NCBI GenBank assembly: GCA_964479005.1
Contig: CAYZJA010000001.1
Location: 128,001 to 192,000, forward strand
DNA length: 64,000 nt
Origin: an uncultured Candidatus Saccharibacteria bacterium
GTDB taxonomy: Bacteria > Patescibacteriota > Minisyncoccia > UBA6257
Direction: 5' to 3'
In this document: positions 7,927 through 16,800 of the stretch, piece by piece
Position numbering within the stretch: the first letter of the stretch is position 1
Layout of the letters: each line of letters opens with the position of its first letter
Position numbers and translations under genes: made by a program
The notes under the pieces: model-generated
What the model was told of the DNA's origin: nothing
The model's database searches: none
What the model saw: only the letters and a program-made list of their open reading frames with translations

Positions 7927-9196
7927 AAAATTAGGTATTTTTTCTTTTGAGGATTTTGTCTATGCCGGTTCTACTTTTGTGCTCGCGATGTATGTCATTT
8001 GTATTCTTGTAATTACTCTTTTCCAAATAACAGGGCAATCAGTAATTTTTAGCAGCCGTTTTTCACTCTGTTCTTTGGACATTCAATTTCCTTTTTTCTT
8101 AATTATTTGCATCATCCTGATGTATTTGAGTATGTTTATCTGGATTTTTATGGGATTTGCAGGTATATTTTATAGAAAAAAGGTAGATTTGAAGCAAGAA
8201 GATGATTCTACTCTAATATCAGTTCTTATCCCTGCGCATAATGAAGAAGATGTTATAGAAGGTATTTTGGGAGATTTAGTAGCGCAAGAATATAAGAACT
8301 TAGAGATTATCGTATTAGCTCATAATTGTACTGATTCCACAATATCCAGAGCGCAATCAGTAGATGATTCAAGGATTCAAATATTGGATATAAGAACTCG
8401 TAAGTCAGGAAAAGCATTAGCCCTTAACAGAGGATTAGAAGAAGTAAAAGGAGAAATTATTGCTCTATTTGATACTGACAACAGGATAAAAGATAAAAAA
8501 TTCTTTAATCGAGCAATAGTATATTTCAGAGACGAAACCATTGATGCTATCCAAACCGAACTTGCTACAAGTAACAGATCTGCTTCTTTGTTGACTTTTC
8601 TTCAGGAAGTAGAATATGATACTTTCTCTTCAATATCCTGGCGTGGTAGGGATGTTCTAGGTCTTCCTTGTTTTTTAGCAGGAACAGGTATTTTTATCCG
8701 AACAAAAACCTTAAGAGAGATGGGTGGATGGAAAAATTCCTTGGTGGAAGATTTTGAACTTTTTACTAGATTGACTTTGGAAAAGAAGAAGATAGTTTTT
8801 GCTGATAATCTTGTTGTTTATGATGAAAAACCGCCATCTTGGAGTGGAATAATGAAACAAAGATCACGTTGGATAAAAGGTCATTTGAAGGTTACTTGGG
8901 ATAATCTAGATAAGTTTGGAAATTGGTTGGACTATATTTATCGCTTGACTCCTTTAGCTGTTTTTGCATGGTGGGCATCAAATTTCCTATACTGGTTTTA
9001 CTATCTAACTGGCCAAATTTCTATTTTTAATGTAACAGGATGGATTTGGTTAAGTTGGACTTTTGCCTTCTTTGCTCTTCCTACTTATAATAGTATAAAA
9101 AAACGCAGTTGGAAAGGGGTTTTATTTTTGCCTGTTTATTGGTTCTTTGTTTTTCACTTGCTGTGGGCAAGTTTATACAGTTTAGGAGTGAAATGA
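7913..9196 (+). CDS. family-2 processive beta-glycosyltransferase (cellulose/PNAG/chitin-synthase-like)
   Basis: N-terminal TM helices, 'ISVLIPAHNEE…' and 'LFDTDN' (DxD), plus 'QRSRWIKGH' matching the QxxRW processive GT2 motif, and C-terminal TM helices. GTG start preceded by AAGGAGG. Confidence 0.8.
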   Translation: MRFFRKLGIFSFEDFVYAGSTFVLAMYVICILVITLFQITGQSVIFSSRFSLCSLDIQFPFFLIICIILMYLSMFIWIFMGFAGIFYRKKVDLKQEDDSTLISVLIPAHNEEDVIEGILGDLVAQEYKNLEIIVLAHNCTDSTISRAQSVDDSRIQILDIRTRKSGKALALNRGLEEVKGEIIALFDTDNRIKDKKFFNRAIVYFRDETIDAIQTELATSNRSASLLTFLQEVEYDTFSSISWRGRDVLGLPCFLAGTGIFIRTKTLREMGGWKNSLVEDFELFTRLTLEKKKIVFADNLVVYDEKPPSWSGIMKQRSRWIKGHLKVTWDNLDKFGNWLDYIYRLTPLAVFAWWASNFLYWFYYLTGQISIFNVTGWIWLSWTFAFFALPTYNSIKKRSWKGVLFLPVYWFFVFHLLWASLYSLGVK

Positions 9197-10353
9197 AACT
9201 TAGTAGGGAAATTGTAATAACGATTATAATTTTAATCTTTTTATTGGTATCTTTATCCGAATTTGGAGCAACTTTTTATTCTTCTATATCTCAAAAGCAG
9301 AAAAGTAGTAATTATATTTACGATGAGAAAATTATAGTTATAGATGAGAAAGTTATAGAAGATGAAAGACAGGAGATAGAGAATATTCAAATCAGTTTTA
9401 GAGGAATAGATTTCTATCCTGATCCTTATCCTTATTCTACTTCAGAAGCTTTTGATGCCTTAGAACAGCTCCTTAATTTTCAGGGAATGAATTATGTCCA
9501 ATTACGTTTTTTCCTAACTCAAGATTCTCTTACTTCCAACAAAGTGGTTTATGATGAAAAACAAGATATTACTCTAGAAAGCATGATTGTTATGATTCAT
9601 CAAGCAGGAAAGAGAGTATCATTACTGCCTGATATTATCATTAAAACAGGGGATTATGTAGCTAGTCTTAGTCCTGAAGATATTGAACAATGGTTTGCTT
9701 CTTATTATGATGCTTTAATGCACTATGCTATTTTGGCGCAGACATATGATGTAGAATTATACTGTATCGGTAATGAGCTTCATTCTTTATGGATAGAGGA
9801 TCAAAAATGGAGATACATTATTGATAAACTGAGAGAGCAATACAAAGGTTTAGTCACTACTAAACTTAACTGTTGGTGGCAGGAAAAAACATTCCAAAAA
9901 GTATTAACTTATGGTTGGCTGGAAAAACTTGATTATATTGCCATTGCTCCATATTTTGATCTAACGTGGGAAAATGATCTTTCTTTAGAAGAAATAAAGA
10001 GCAGCTGGCAGAATAGTCGTCATGGACTTAATATAGTAGCAGAATTGGAAGAAATCGCTAAAAAATATAAAAAAAAGATGATTTTTTCAGAGATTGGTTA
10101 TAGAAGCATTGATGGAACTACTATTGAACCTTGGAATAGTGATTCTATAGTACCTCGTTCAGGAGGAAGTGGTAAGATTGATTTAGAAGAACAATCCTTA
10201 GCTACTCAAGCTTTATTTGATGTTTTCAAAGATAAAGATTGGTGGGGAGGAGTATTCTGGTTCTATTGGCCGACTGTTAAACCAAATGAACAAGATAAAA
10301 CATGGGCTATATGGAATAAACCAGTACAGCTGGTTATTCAAAATAATTTTTGA
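9193..10353 (+). CDS. membrane-anchored glycoside hydrolase (clan GH-A TIM-barrel-like)
   Basis: N-terminal TM segment. 'YCIGNELH' resembles the NEP acid/base motif and 'IFSEIGYRS' a nucleophile motif, and the protein is aromatic-rich. Start set at the ATG at 9193 (GGAG 5 nt upstream), which overlaps the GT2 stop. Confidence 0.5.
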   Translation: MKLSREIVITIIILIFLLVSLSEFGATFYSSISQKQKSSNYIYDEKIIVIDEKVIEDERQEIENIQISFRGIDFYPDPYPYSTSEAFDALEQLLNFQGMNYVQLRFFLTQDSLTSNKVVYDEKQDITLESMIVMIHQAGKRVSLLPDIIIKTGDYVASLSPEDIEQWFASYYDALMHYAILAQTYDVELYCIGNELHSLWIEDQKWRYIIDKLREQYKGLVTTKLNCWWQEKTFQKVLTYGWLEKLDYIAIAPYFDLTWENDLSLEEIKSSWQNSRHGLNIVAELEEIAKKYKKKMIFSEIGYRSIDGTTIEPWNSDSIVPRSGGSGKIDLEEQSLATQALFDVFKDKDWWGGVFWFYWPTVKPNEQDKTWAIWNKPVQLVIQNNF

Positions 10354-10356
10354 AAC

Positions 10357-10390
10357 AAAGGGGAAGATTAATCTTCCCCTTTTATTTTTT
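10357..10390 (+). terminator. intrinsic terminator of GT2-GH operon
   Basis: aaAGGGGAAGAttaaTCTTCCCCTtttatttttt. Confidence 0.7.
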
Positions 10391-10486
10391 ATAAATATAA
10401 AATATTTTTATCATTTAATTTATAAAGCCAATGAAAGAGTTGGCAAATCATTATTAATATCATATTTTACTTAATTAAGAGTGGAC

Positions 10487-10515
10487 TTGACAAGAAAAAA
10501 AAAGTTTGCTATTGT
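10487..10515 (+). promoter_or_regulatory. promoter (TTGACA-17-TGcTATTGT), third copy of the conserved promoter core
   Basis: 'ggacTTGACAag' and 'gtttGCTAT' are shared with the 6868 and 29130 modules. Confidence 0.5.
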
Positions 10516-10521
10516 GTTTTC

Positions 10522-10678
10522 ACGGTGGGGCTTTTATTTTAGCCCCGCAGTGGGGCTTATGAATAATATTCAAAAAAGGGGATTTCATAATTTAAACAAA
10601 ATTTCTTTTCGATTTCTTGCGTTTAGTAAAATTGAAAAAGAAGTTTTTTGAGGTTGGCGTTTTTGCGCCAACTTTTTA
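10522..10678 (+). ncRNA. structured leader or sRNA with alternative hairpins and intrinsic terminator
   Basis: GGGGCU-uuuauuuu-AGCCCC (10527-10546) overlaps AGCCCC-gcagu-GGGGCU (10541-10557), giving two mutually exclusive pairings. Later GTTGGCG-uuuuug-CGCCAAC plus U5 (10653-10677). The next gene starts at 10736. Confidence 0.4.
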
Positions 10679-10735
10679 ATATTAAAATTAATAAAAAAAA
10701 TAAATAAAAAAATAAAAATTAATAAAATAAAAAAA

Positions 10736-11998
10736 ATGAAAAAAATAATAACAATTTTAAGTACTTCCCTTTTGATGTTTGCTTTTGTAACTTCAGTTTC
10801 CGCAGCAGCTCCGAATTGGAATGTCAGTGGAACATGGATGGCAGAGCATGAGTTCGGGGGGAATACTTACTCTCATGTAAACAACATTGTTCAAGCACTA
10901 GACGGTTCCCTGACGGGGACCGGAGGATGGGATGGTACGCAAAACGGCATCCCCGTTGGTACTCCTAATACATGGGAGATAACCAACGGTTCGGTTTCTG
11001 GTAACAACATTCAATTTAACTACCAATACAATACCGTCGAGTTATGCGCCAAGGATGGAGGTATTGATGCAGTAATTAATGCTGACGGTTCTATGACTGG
11101 AACATGGCATGATGATTGTGGTACTGGACGAACTGGCGCATGGACAGTCCCAGCAGGTTCCGCAGTCTATTTAAGAACTGCAGAAATTACTTCTCCAACA
11201 TCAGGAGAAGAAGTTTCGGGAATGGTTTCATTTGATGCAATACTAACTGACAAAGATGGTGATGATAGTGTTCAATGGGCAGTTCGTCAGGGTACTTGCA
11301 CTGCAGGAATAGGAACAGTGTTTGGTAATGTAGATGGTAAATCAGATATCTACACTTGGGATCATGTCAATTTCCATGCATCAGCCGATACTTCTTCCTG
11401 GGCTCCTGGAAATTACTGTTTTGTCTTTAATCCCACAGAGAGTGCTGGAGATATAGCTATTAGAGAGACACGAGAGTTTATCCTAAAAGACACTGTAGCA
11501 CCATTGGTAACGATAGAAAGTCCTAGTGAGGGTGATGTTGTTTCTGGTACAGTTGAAATTTATGGAACTGTTGTAGAATACTATATGCTAAGTCACTACA
11601 ATATCTCGGTTTATCCAGGTGATGCCGACTTTAATGATTTCAGCAAAAGAATAGCTCAAGCAACTATTTATCGCACTACGGGTTTTAGTAATGAATTAAT
11701 TTTCGCATGGGATTCAACTGGATTTGAAGATGGCGAGTATCTAATTAGATTAGCTGCTAGAGACGCTGCTGGTAATCGTAGTTATGATGGCGATGCATAT
11801 CTAGGTGGTGATGATTCACAGCATGTGATTAGAGTAACTGTGAATAATATACCAGACCTAATTGGTCCACCGATTAATAAAGATCAATGTAAAAAAGATG
11901 GTTGGAAGATATTTGATAATCCAAGTTTTAAGAATCAGGGAGATTGTGTAAGTTATGTCCAGAGTAATGAAAATGCAAAAGGAAATAAAAATAAATAA
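10736..11998 (+). CDS. secreted protein with Ig-like beta-sandwich repeats
   Basis: Signal peptide 'MKKIITILSTSLLMFAFVTSVSAAAP'. Gly/Thr/Asp-rich beta-type composition. Noticeably GC-richer than its neighbours. A-rich leader with no SD. Confidence 0.5.
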   Translation: MKKIITILSTSLLMFAFVTSVSAAAPNWNVSGTWMAEHEFGGNTYSHVNNIVQALDGSLTGTGGWDGTQNGIPVGTPNTWEITNGSVSGNNIQFNYQYNTVELCAKDGGIDAVINADGSMTGTWHDDCGTGRTGAWTVPAGSAVYLRTAEITSPTSGEEVSGMVSFDAILTDKDGDDSVQWAVRQGTCTAGIGTVFGNVDGKSDIYTWDHVNFHASADTSSWAPGNYCFVFNPTESAGDIAIRETREFILKDTVAPLVTIESPSEGDVVSGTVEIYGTVVEYYMLSHYNISVYPGDADFNDFSKRIAQATIYRTTGFSNELIFAWDSTGFEDGEYLIRLAARDAAGNRSYDGDAYLGGDDSQHVIRVTVNNIPDLIGPPINKDQCKKDGWKIFDNPSFKNQGDCVSYVQSNENAKGNKNK

Positions 11999-12023
11999 AA
12001 AATAAATAAAAAAAATAAAAAAT

Positions 12024-13772
12024 ATGAATAAACAATTATTCTCTAAAACGATTTCACTTTTCTTAGTTTTTTCTTTGGTGTTCGTAGGTGTTTCAATATT
12101 TTCACCAAATAATATTGAAGCTAAAGGACAGAAACCAAATAACAAAATATCAATTTGTCATAGAACTAGTTCTGCTACTAATCCTTGGAATGTAATTAAT
12201 GTTAGTGTTAATGCTCAAGATGCTCACTTAGCTCATGGAGATTTTCTTTATGAAGGTAGTTATCCAGTGAATTCTAAAGAAGCAGAGGAATGGTGTGGCA
12301 TGACTAGATATACTTGTAATGAAAGTACTTGGCAATGTGTAATTGATAACCAAGGTCAATATTCAAGTTATGATGATTGTTCAACTGTTTGTCAGGAACC
12401 AATGGCAACTGTAACAATTTGTAAATATGACGAAGAAAGGAATCCTTTAAGTGGATGGAAAATGATTTTGAAAGGGGATTTGCAAGACCAAGTAACTGTT
12501 TTTCCTGATGGGTCAGCATATTTGTCAGGAGATTTACCATTAGAAGATTATTTATTAATGGCTTCTGGTCAATATGTTTATAGGCCTGGAACTTTAGGGG
12601 CTGAATATTCTGATGCTGGCTATACTAAGAGGAATTGTCCAGGAGATGCTACTTATTTATGTAGTGGTCCCTATACCCCATGGTTTAATGTTTTTGATAT
12701 TATAGGTATTCATAAAGGATGGTTGGGGATTATGGTTAATGACGCCGCAACTAATTGGGGTTCTTACTTTAACTCTGCTCATACTTATGCTCTGGGATAT
12801 CCTAATTATAGTGGTTCATTATCTTTTACAATTAAAGATGATGTGTATAGTGATAATTCAGGACAATTAAATGTTGATATTTATAAAGGATATACTGGGG
12901 AGACAGATGAAAATGGTTGTATAACCTTTAATGATGTTCCTTTGGAAACTTATTCTCTTGAGGAAATTCTTAAAGATGGATGGCAAAATGTTAGTGGTTT
13001 AGGACAGATTGTTATTGATGAATCTCAAGAAACTTTTGATGTGATTAATAGTGAAATTAAAAGCGAAAAAGAACTAGCATGCATAAATTCAGGTGGCACA
13101 GTTGGAACAGGTATATGCTGCAAAAGTGTAGAAGGTTTTCCAAATGATTGTGCTACAGGAGCCTGCGGTTGTTCTGCAGGAGATAGCCATGAAGTTCAGG
13201 TTTGTAATTGTCCAGCAGGCAAATGTTTTGATGGAAATTCCTGCGTAACAAAATGTGAAGAAGGAATTAATCTTCTTAAAAACGGTAGTTTCGAATATCC
13301 GGAAGTAACTAATACAAGCAAATGGCAGTTATTTCCATCAGGGACAGCTCTACTTGAATGGGTAGTTGGATGGGTTAGCGCTGCTCCATCAGACCCTCCA
13401 ACAATTGAAATACAGAAAGGCGTAGTAGTTTCTCCTAGTAATGGACTTCAAAGCATTGAATTAGATTCAGAAGCTCCAACCTATATTTCTCAAGCAGTTA
13501 ATACAGAATCTGGCTATGGATATAAATTAAGCTTTGATTTTGCAGCCAGGCCTAATACTTCAGAAGAAGATAATAAATTAGAGGTTTGGGCTGATAGTAT
13601 TCTTAAAGATAGTATTAGCAGCAATACATCTTGGCAAACAAAAACATATAATTTTAATGCTACTTCTAACCTTACGGAAATCAAATTCGTGGATATAGGA
13701 ATTCCTAATACCGATTCAATGGGTACATTATTAGATAATGTTAAATTAGAATGTGTTCCGCCGGTTCTGTAA
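12024..13772 (+). CDS. secreted surface protein (SpaA/Cna-B-like domain + C-terminal lectin-like domain)
   Basis: Signal peptide. The 'TVTICKYDEERNPLSGWKMILKGD…' domain and the C-terminal 'NGSFEYPEVT…LDNVKLECVP' domain are both paralogous to parts of the next gene. Confidence 0.55.
   Translation: MNKQLFSKTISLFLVFSLVFVGVSIFSPNNIEAKGQKPNNKISICHRTSSATNPWNVINVSVNAQDAHLAHGDFLYEGSYPVNSKEAEEWCGMTRYTCNESTWQCVIDNQGQYSSYDDCSTVCQEPMATVTICKYDEERNPLSGWKMILKGDLQDQVTVFPDGSAYLSGDLPLEDYLLMASGQYVYRPGTLGAEYSDAGYTKRNCPGDATYLCSGPYTPWFNVFDIIGIHKGWLGIMVNDAATNWGSYFNSAHTYALGYPNYSGSLSFTIKDDVYSDNSGQLNVDIYKGYTGETDENGCITFNDVPLETYSLEEILKDGWQNVSGLGQIVIDESQETFDVINSEIKSEKELACINSGGTVGTGICCKSVEGFPNDCATGACGCSAGDSHEVQVCNCPAGKCFDGNSCVTKCEEGINLLKNGSFEYPEVTNTSKWQLFPSGTALLEWVVGWVSAAPSDPPTIEIQKGVVVSPSNGLQSIELDSEAPTYISQAVNTESGYGYKLSFDFAARPNTSEEDNKLEVWADSILKDSISSNTSWQTKTYNFNATSNLTEIKFVDIGIPNTDSMGTLLDNVKLECVPPVL
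12560..12742. repeat. inter-paralog DNA repeat, copy 1
   Basis: ~180 nt, >90% identical to 16548-16730, with perfect runs of 46, 40 and 26 nt (e.g. tattctgatgctggctatactaagaggaattgtccaggagatgct). Confidence 0.8.
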
Positions 13773-13878
13773 GTTATAAATAATATCCGGCAATTACAAA
13801 AGAAAAAGTTGATAGGATTTAATGGCGAATTAACCGTTCATTTTAAATAAAAGATTAAAAAGTTAAATATATAAAAAA

Positions 13879-16800
13879 ATGAAAAAACAATTTTTCTCTA
13901 AAACATTTTCAATTTTCTTGGCACTTTCTTTTGTACTTTCTAATAGCGCAATGTTAGTGCCATTACAAGCTGAAGCTTGTGAGGAAGAAATATGCGAAGA
14001 CGTTATTGTGGTAAGTAATATAGAAGATAAGGTTTTTGATATTGCAGAAACTCTTCCCGGTGAAGCAGCTGTTCTTGCTTGGGATGATCATCCGGCATGG
14101 ACAGCGTATATTGAAGGCGCAAATTGGATTTGGAAGACAGAATATGTAGAAAATCCTGATCAAGACGAAACATATATATTTAAAAAAGATTTTGATATTG
14201 TTGGCATTCCAGATTCTGCAACATTAAAAGTTGCAACTGATAATTCGTATAGTGTTTGGGTTAACAATGTTTTGATTGGAGAAGTTATAACTGAAGATAA
14301 TCACAGTTCAACAACCCAAGATCAATATAATAATATCGTTGACTTTCATACCGGTTCAAATGAAATTAAATTTGAAGTTAAAAACTGGGCAGGAAATGCG
14401 TCACCGAAATTAAATCCTGCAGGTCTTTTGTATAGACTTGAGATTGTAAGATCTTCTTGTGAACCTCAATGTATACCTCAATCTTCTATAGAAACAGACT
14501 GTACTAATGGTTTAGATGATGACTGCGATGGTTTTATTGATAGTGAAGATTCTGATTGTCAGATGTTAATAATGGCTTCTAAAGTAATTTGTGATAATGA
14601 ATCAGATTTACCTAATTGGGGGACAGGATCTGGAGTTGACTATCCTTCATATAACATTGATCAAAACACAGCTTCGGATTATGTAGCTGAACATTCTGGT
14701 TGTTATTTAGCTTCTAATTGGTTTTTTCAATGGGGACAACAAGGTTCTGATGATTTTGGAAAAGACTTTTATGGAGAAGCTGGCAATGGCTACACTACTT
14801 TTGGGCCAACAAATGAAAATGGAGTAGCTAGTACAACAGTGGATTCTGTTACCGGTAGTTATTTGGAATTAAGGGAAGTTCTGCAGCAAGGTTATATTCC
14901 TTTTACGTATGACCAATCACATAAATCTAATGATAATAATATTTCTGCAGAATTTTATTGCCACAATGATATTCTCAATTATGATAACTGGGATTATATA
15001 AAAAATCCTCAATTAGGAATTACTCATTATTGCGTTGGATTTAATGCATTAATCGAACAAGAAGAACCAGAACCTGTTTGTGGAAATGAAATTATAGAAA
15101 CTGGTGAACAATGTGATCCACCTTCAACCACTGCTCCTAATTCTACTGATGAATATTTCTGTGACCAAAATTGTAATTTAGTTCCTATCTATCATTCTCT
15201 GGATGGTTGTCCAAAAAATCAAATCCTAGAATTTATTCAGTCTTATCAAATTCATTCAACTAGTACGACAGAAGTTATTATTCCTGTGAGTGGTAGCGAT
15301 ACATATAAGTTTGAAGTTAAAGGAACTTTTTATCCTACTCAAAATGGAAAAAATGAGAATTTCCTATCAGATGCCGCCTATACGACTGAAGATGGCTGGG
15401 TTTCAACTTCTACAAAATACGGAATTAAAGGCATACCACCTGATTATGCTGCCCATGCTTTATTAGGTGATTTAGGATTAGGGGCTGGAGTAATTAATTG
15501 GGGAGATTATGATTCTTCTCATGAATATGATTTCTCTTACACAATTCCTTCAGGCGCTACTTCTACTCAATTTGTGATAGGTGATAGATGGGATAATTGG
15601 TTTATACCAGATGATATTAGTTGGAATAATCAAGGCGGAATGAAAGATAATCTTGGAAATTTGACTTTAGATGTTTATGAGTGTAAGCCAATCCAAGCTA
15701 GATGTGATCCTAAGTTAGAATTAGTTATGAATGGCGATTTTGAGAGTCCTGAAGTGACTGATCTAGTAAAAAAATGGGGTATTTTTCCATCAGGGACAAC
15801 CGATTTAGAATGGTTAATTAATTGGAGAGAAATTTGGCCTTCAGCACCAAAAATAGCAAATCTTGAAATTCAGAAAAGTTATTATACTCCAGTAATAGCT
15901 CCTGTAGTTCCTGGAGATCCAGATCAATATGCTGAGTTAGATACTGATTGGCATGGTCCAGGTGGACCTTCTGGTGAACCAGCCTCAGTAGCTATTTCTC
16001 AAGATATTCCAACAATTATAGGGGAAACTTATAGATTAAGTTTTGATTTTTCACCACGACCATATACTGATTTAGAACAGAATCATTTAAAGGGTTTTGT
16101 TGATAGCGCTGAATTATTTGATATTTCTGCTGATGGTTCTGGTTTAACAGATACTTTATGGAATCAATATTCTGATAATTTTGTTGCTACAAGTTCAATA
16201 ACAAACATTAAATTTACTGATTATGGTACACCAGACTCTTTAGGCACTTTCTTAGATAATGTTAGCGTAAGATGTGTTCCTCAGGACGAACCTACTATGT
16301 ATCATTGTAATGAGGAATGGCAATGTATAGCAGATCCTGAAGGTGAATATAATACTGATAATTGTGACAATCAATGTATTAAACCTGGAACATCCACAGT
16401 TACTATTTGTAAATATAATGAACAAGAAGAACCTTTAAGAGGTTGGAAGATGATACTTAAAGGTGATAGGTATGATACAGTGCCTGTTTTTCCAGATGGG
16501 CAAAATTATTCTTCAAATCCTTTGCTATTAGGTGATTACTTAATTCAGGCTTCTGGTCAATATTTATATAGACCAGGAACACCTGGCGCTGAGTATTCTG
16601 ATGCTGGCTATACTAAGAGGAATTGTCCAGGAGATGCTGATTATTTATGCAGTGGAGATTATACCCCATGGTTTAATGTTTTTGATATTATAGGTATTCA
16701 TCAAGGATGGTTGGGGATTATGGTTAATGATAATCTTACTGATTGGGGGTATTTTACTTCTGACCATACTTATACTCTTGGCTATCCTGGTTATAGTGGT

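Noticed and set aside
10217-10474. 85-aa + strand ORF overlapping the 3' end of the glycoside hydrolase gene and running through its terminator
   Set aside because: It runs through an intrinsic terminator and an AT-rich intergenic region, has low-complexity composition and no RBS. It is likely spurious.
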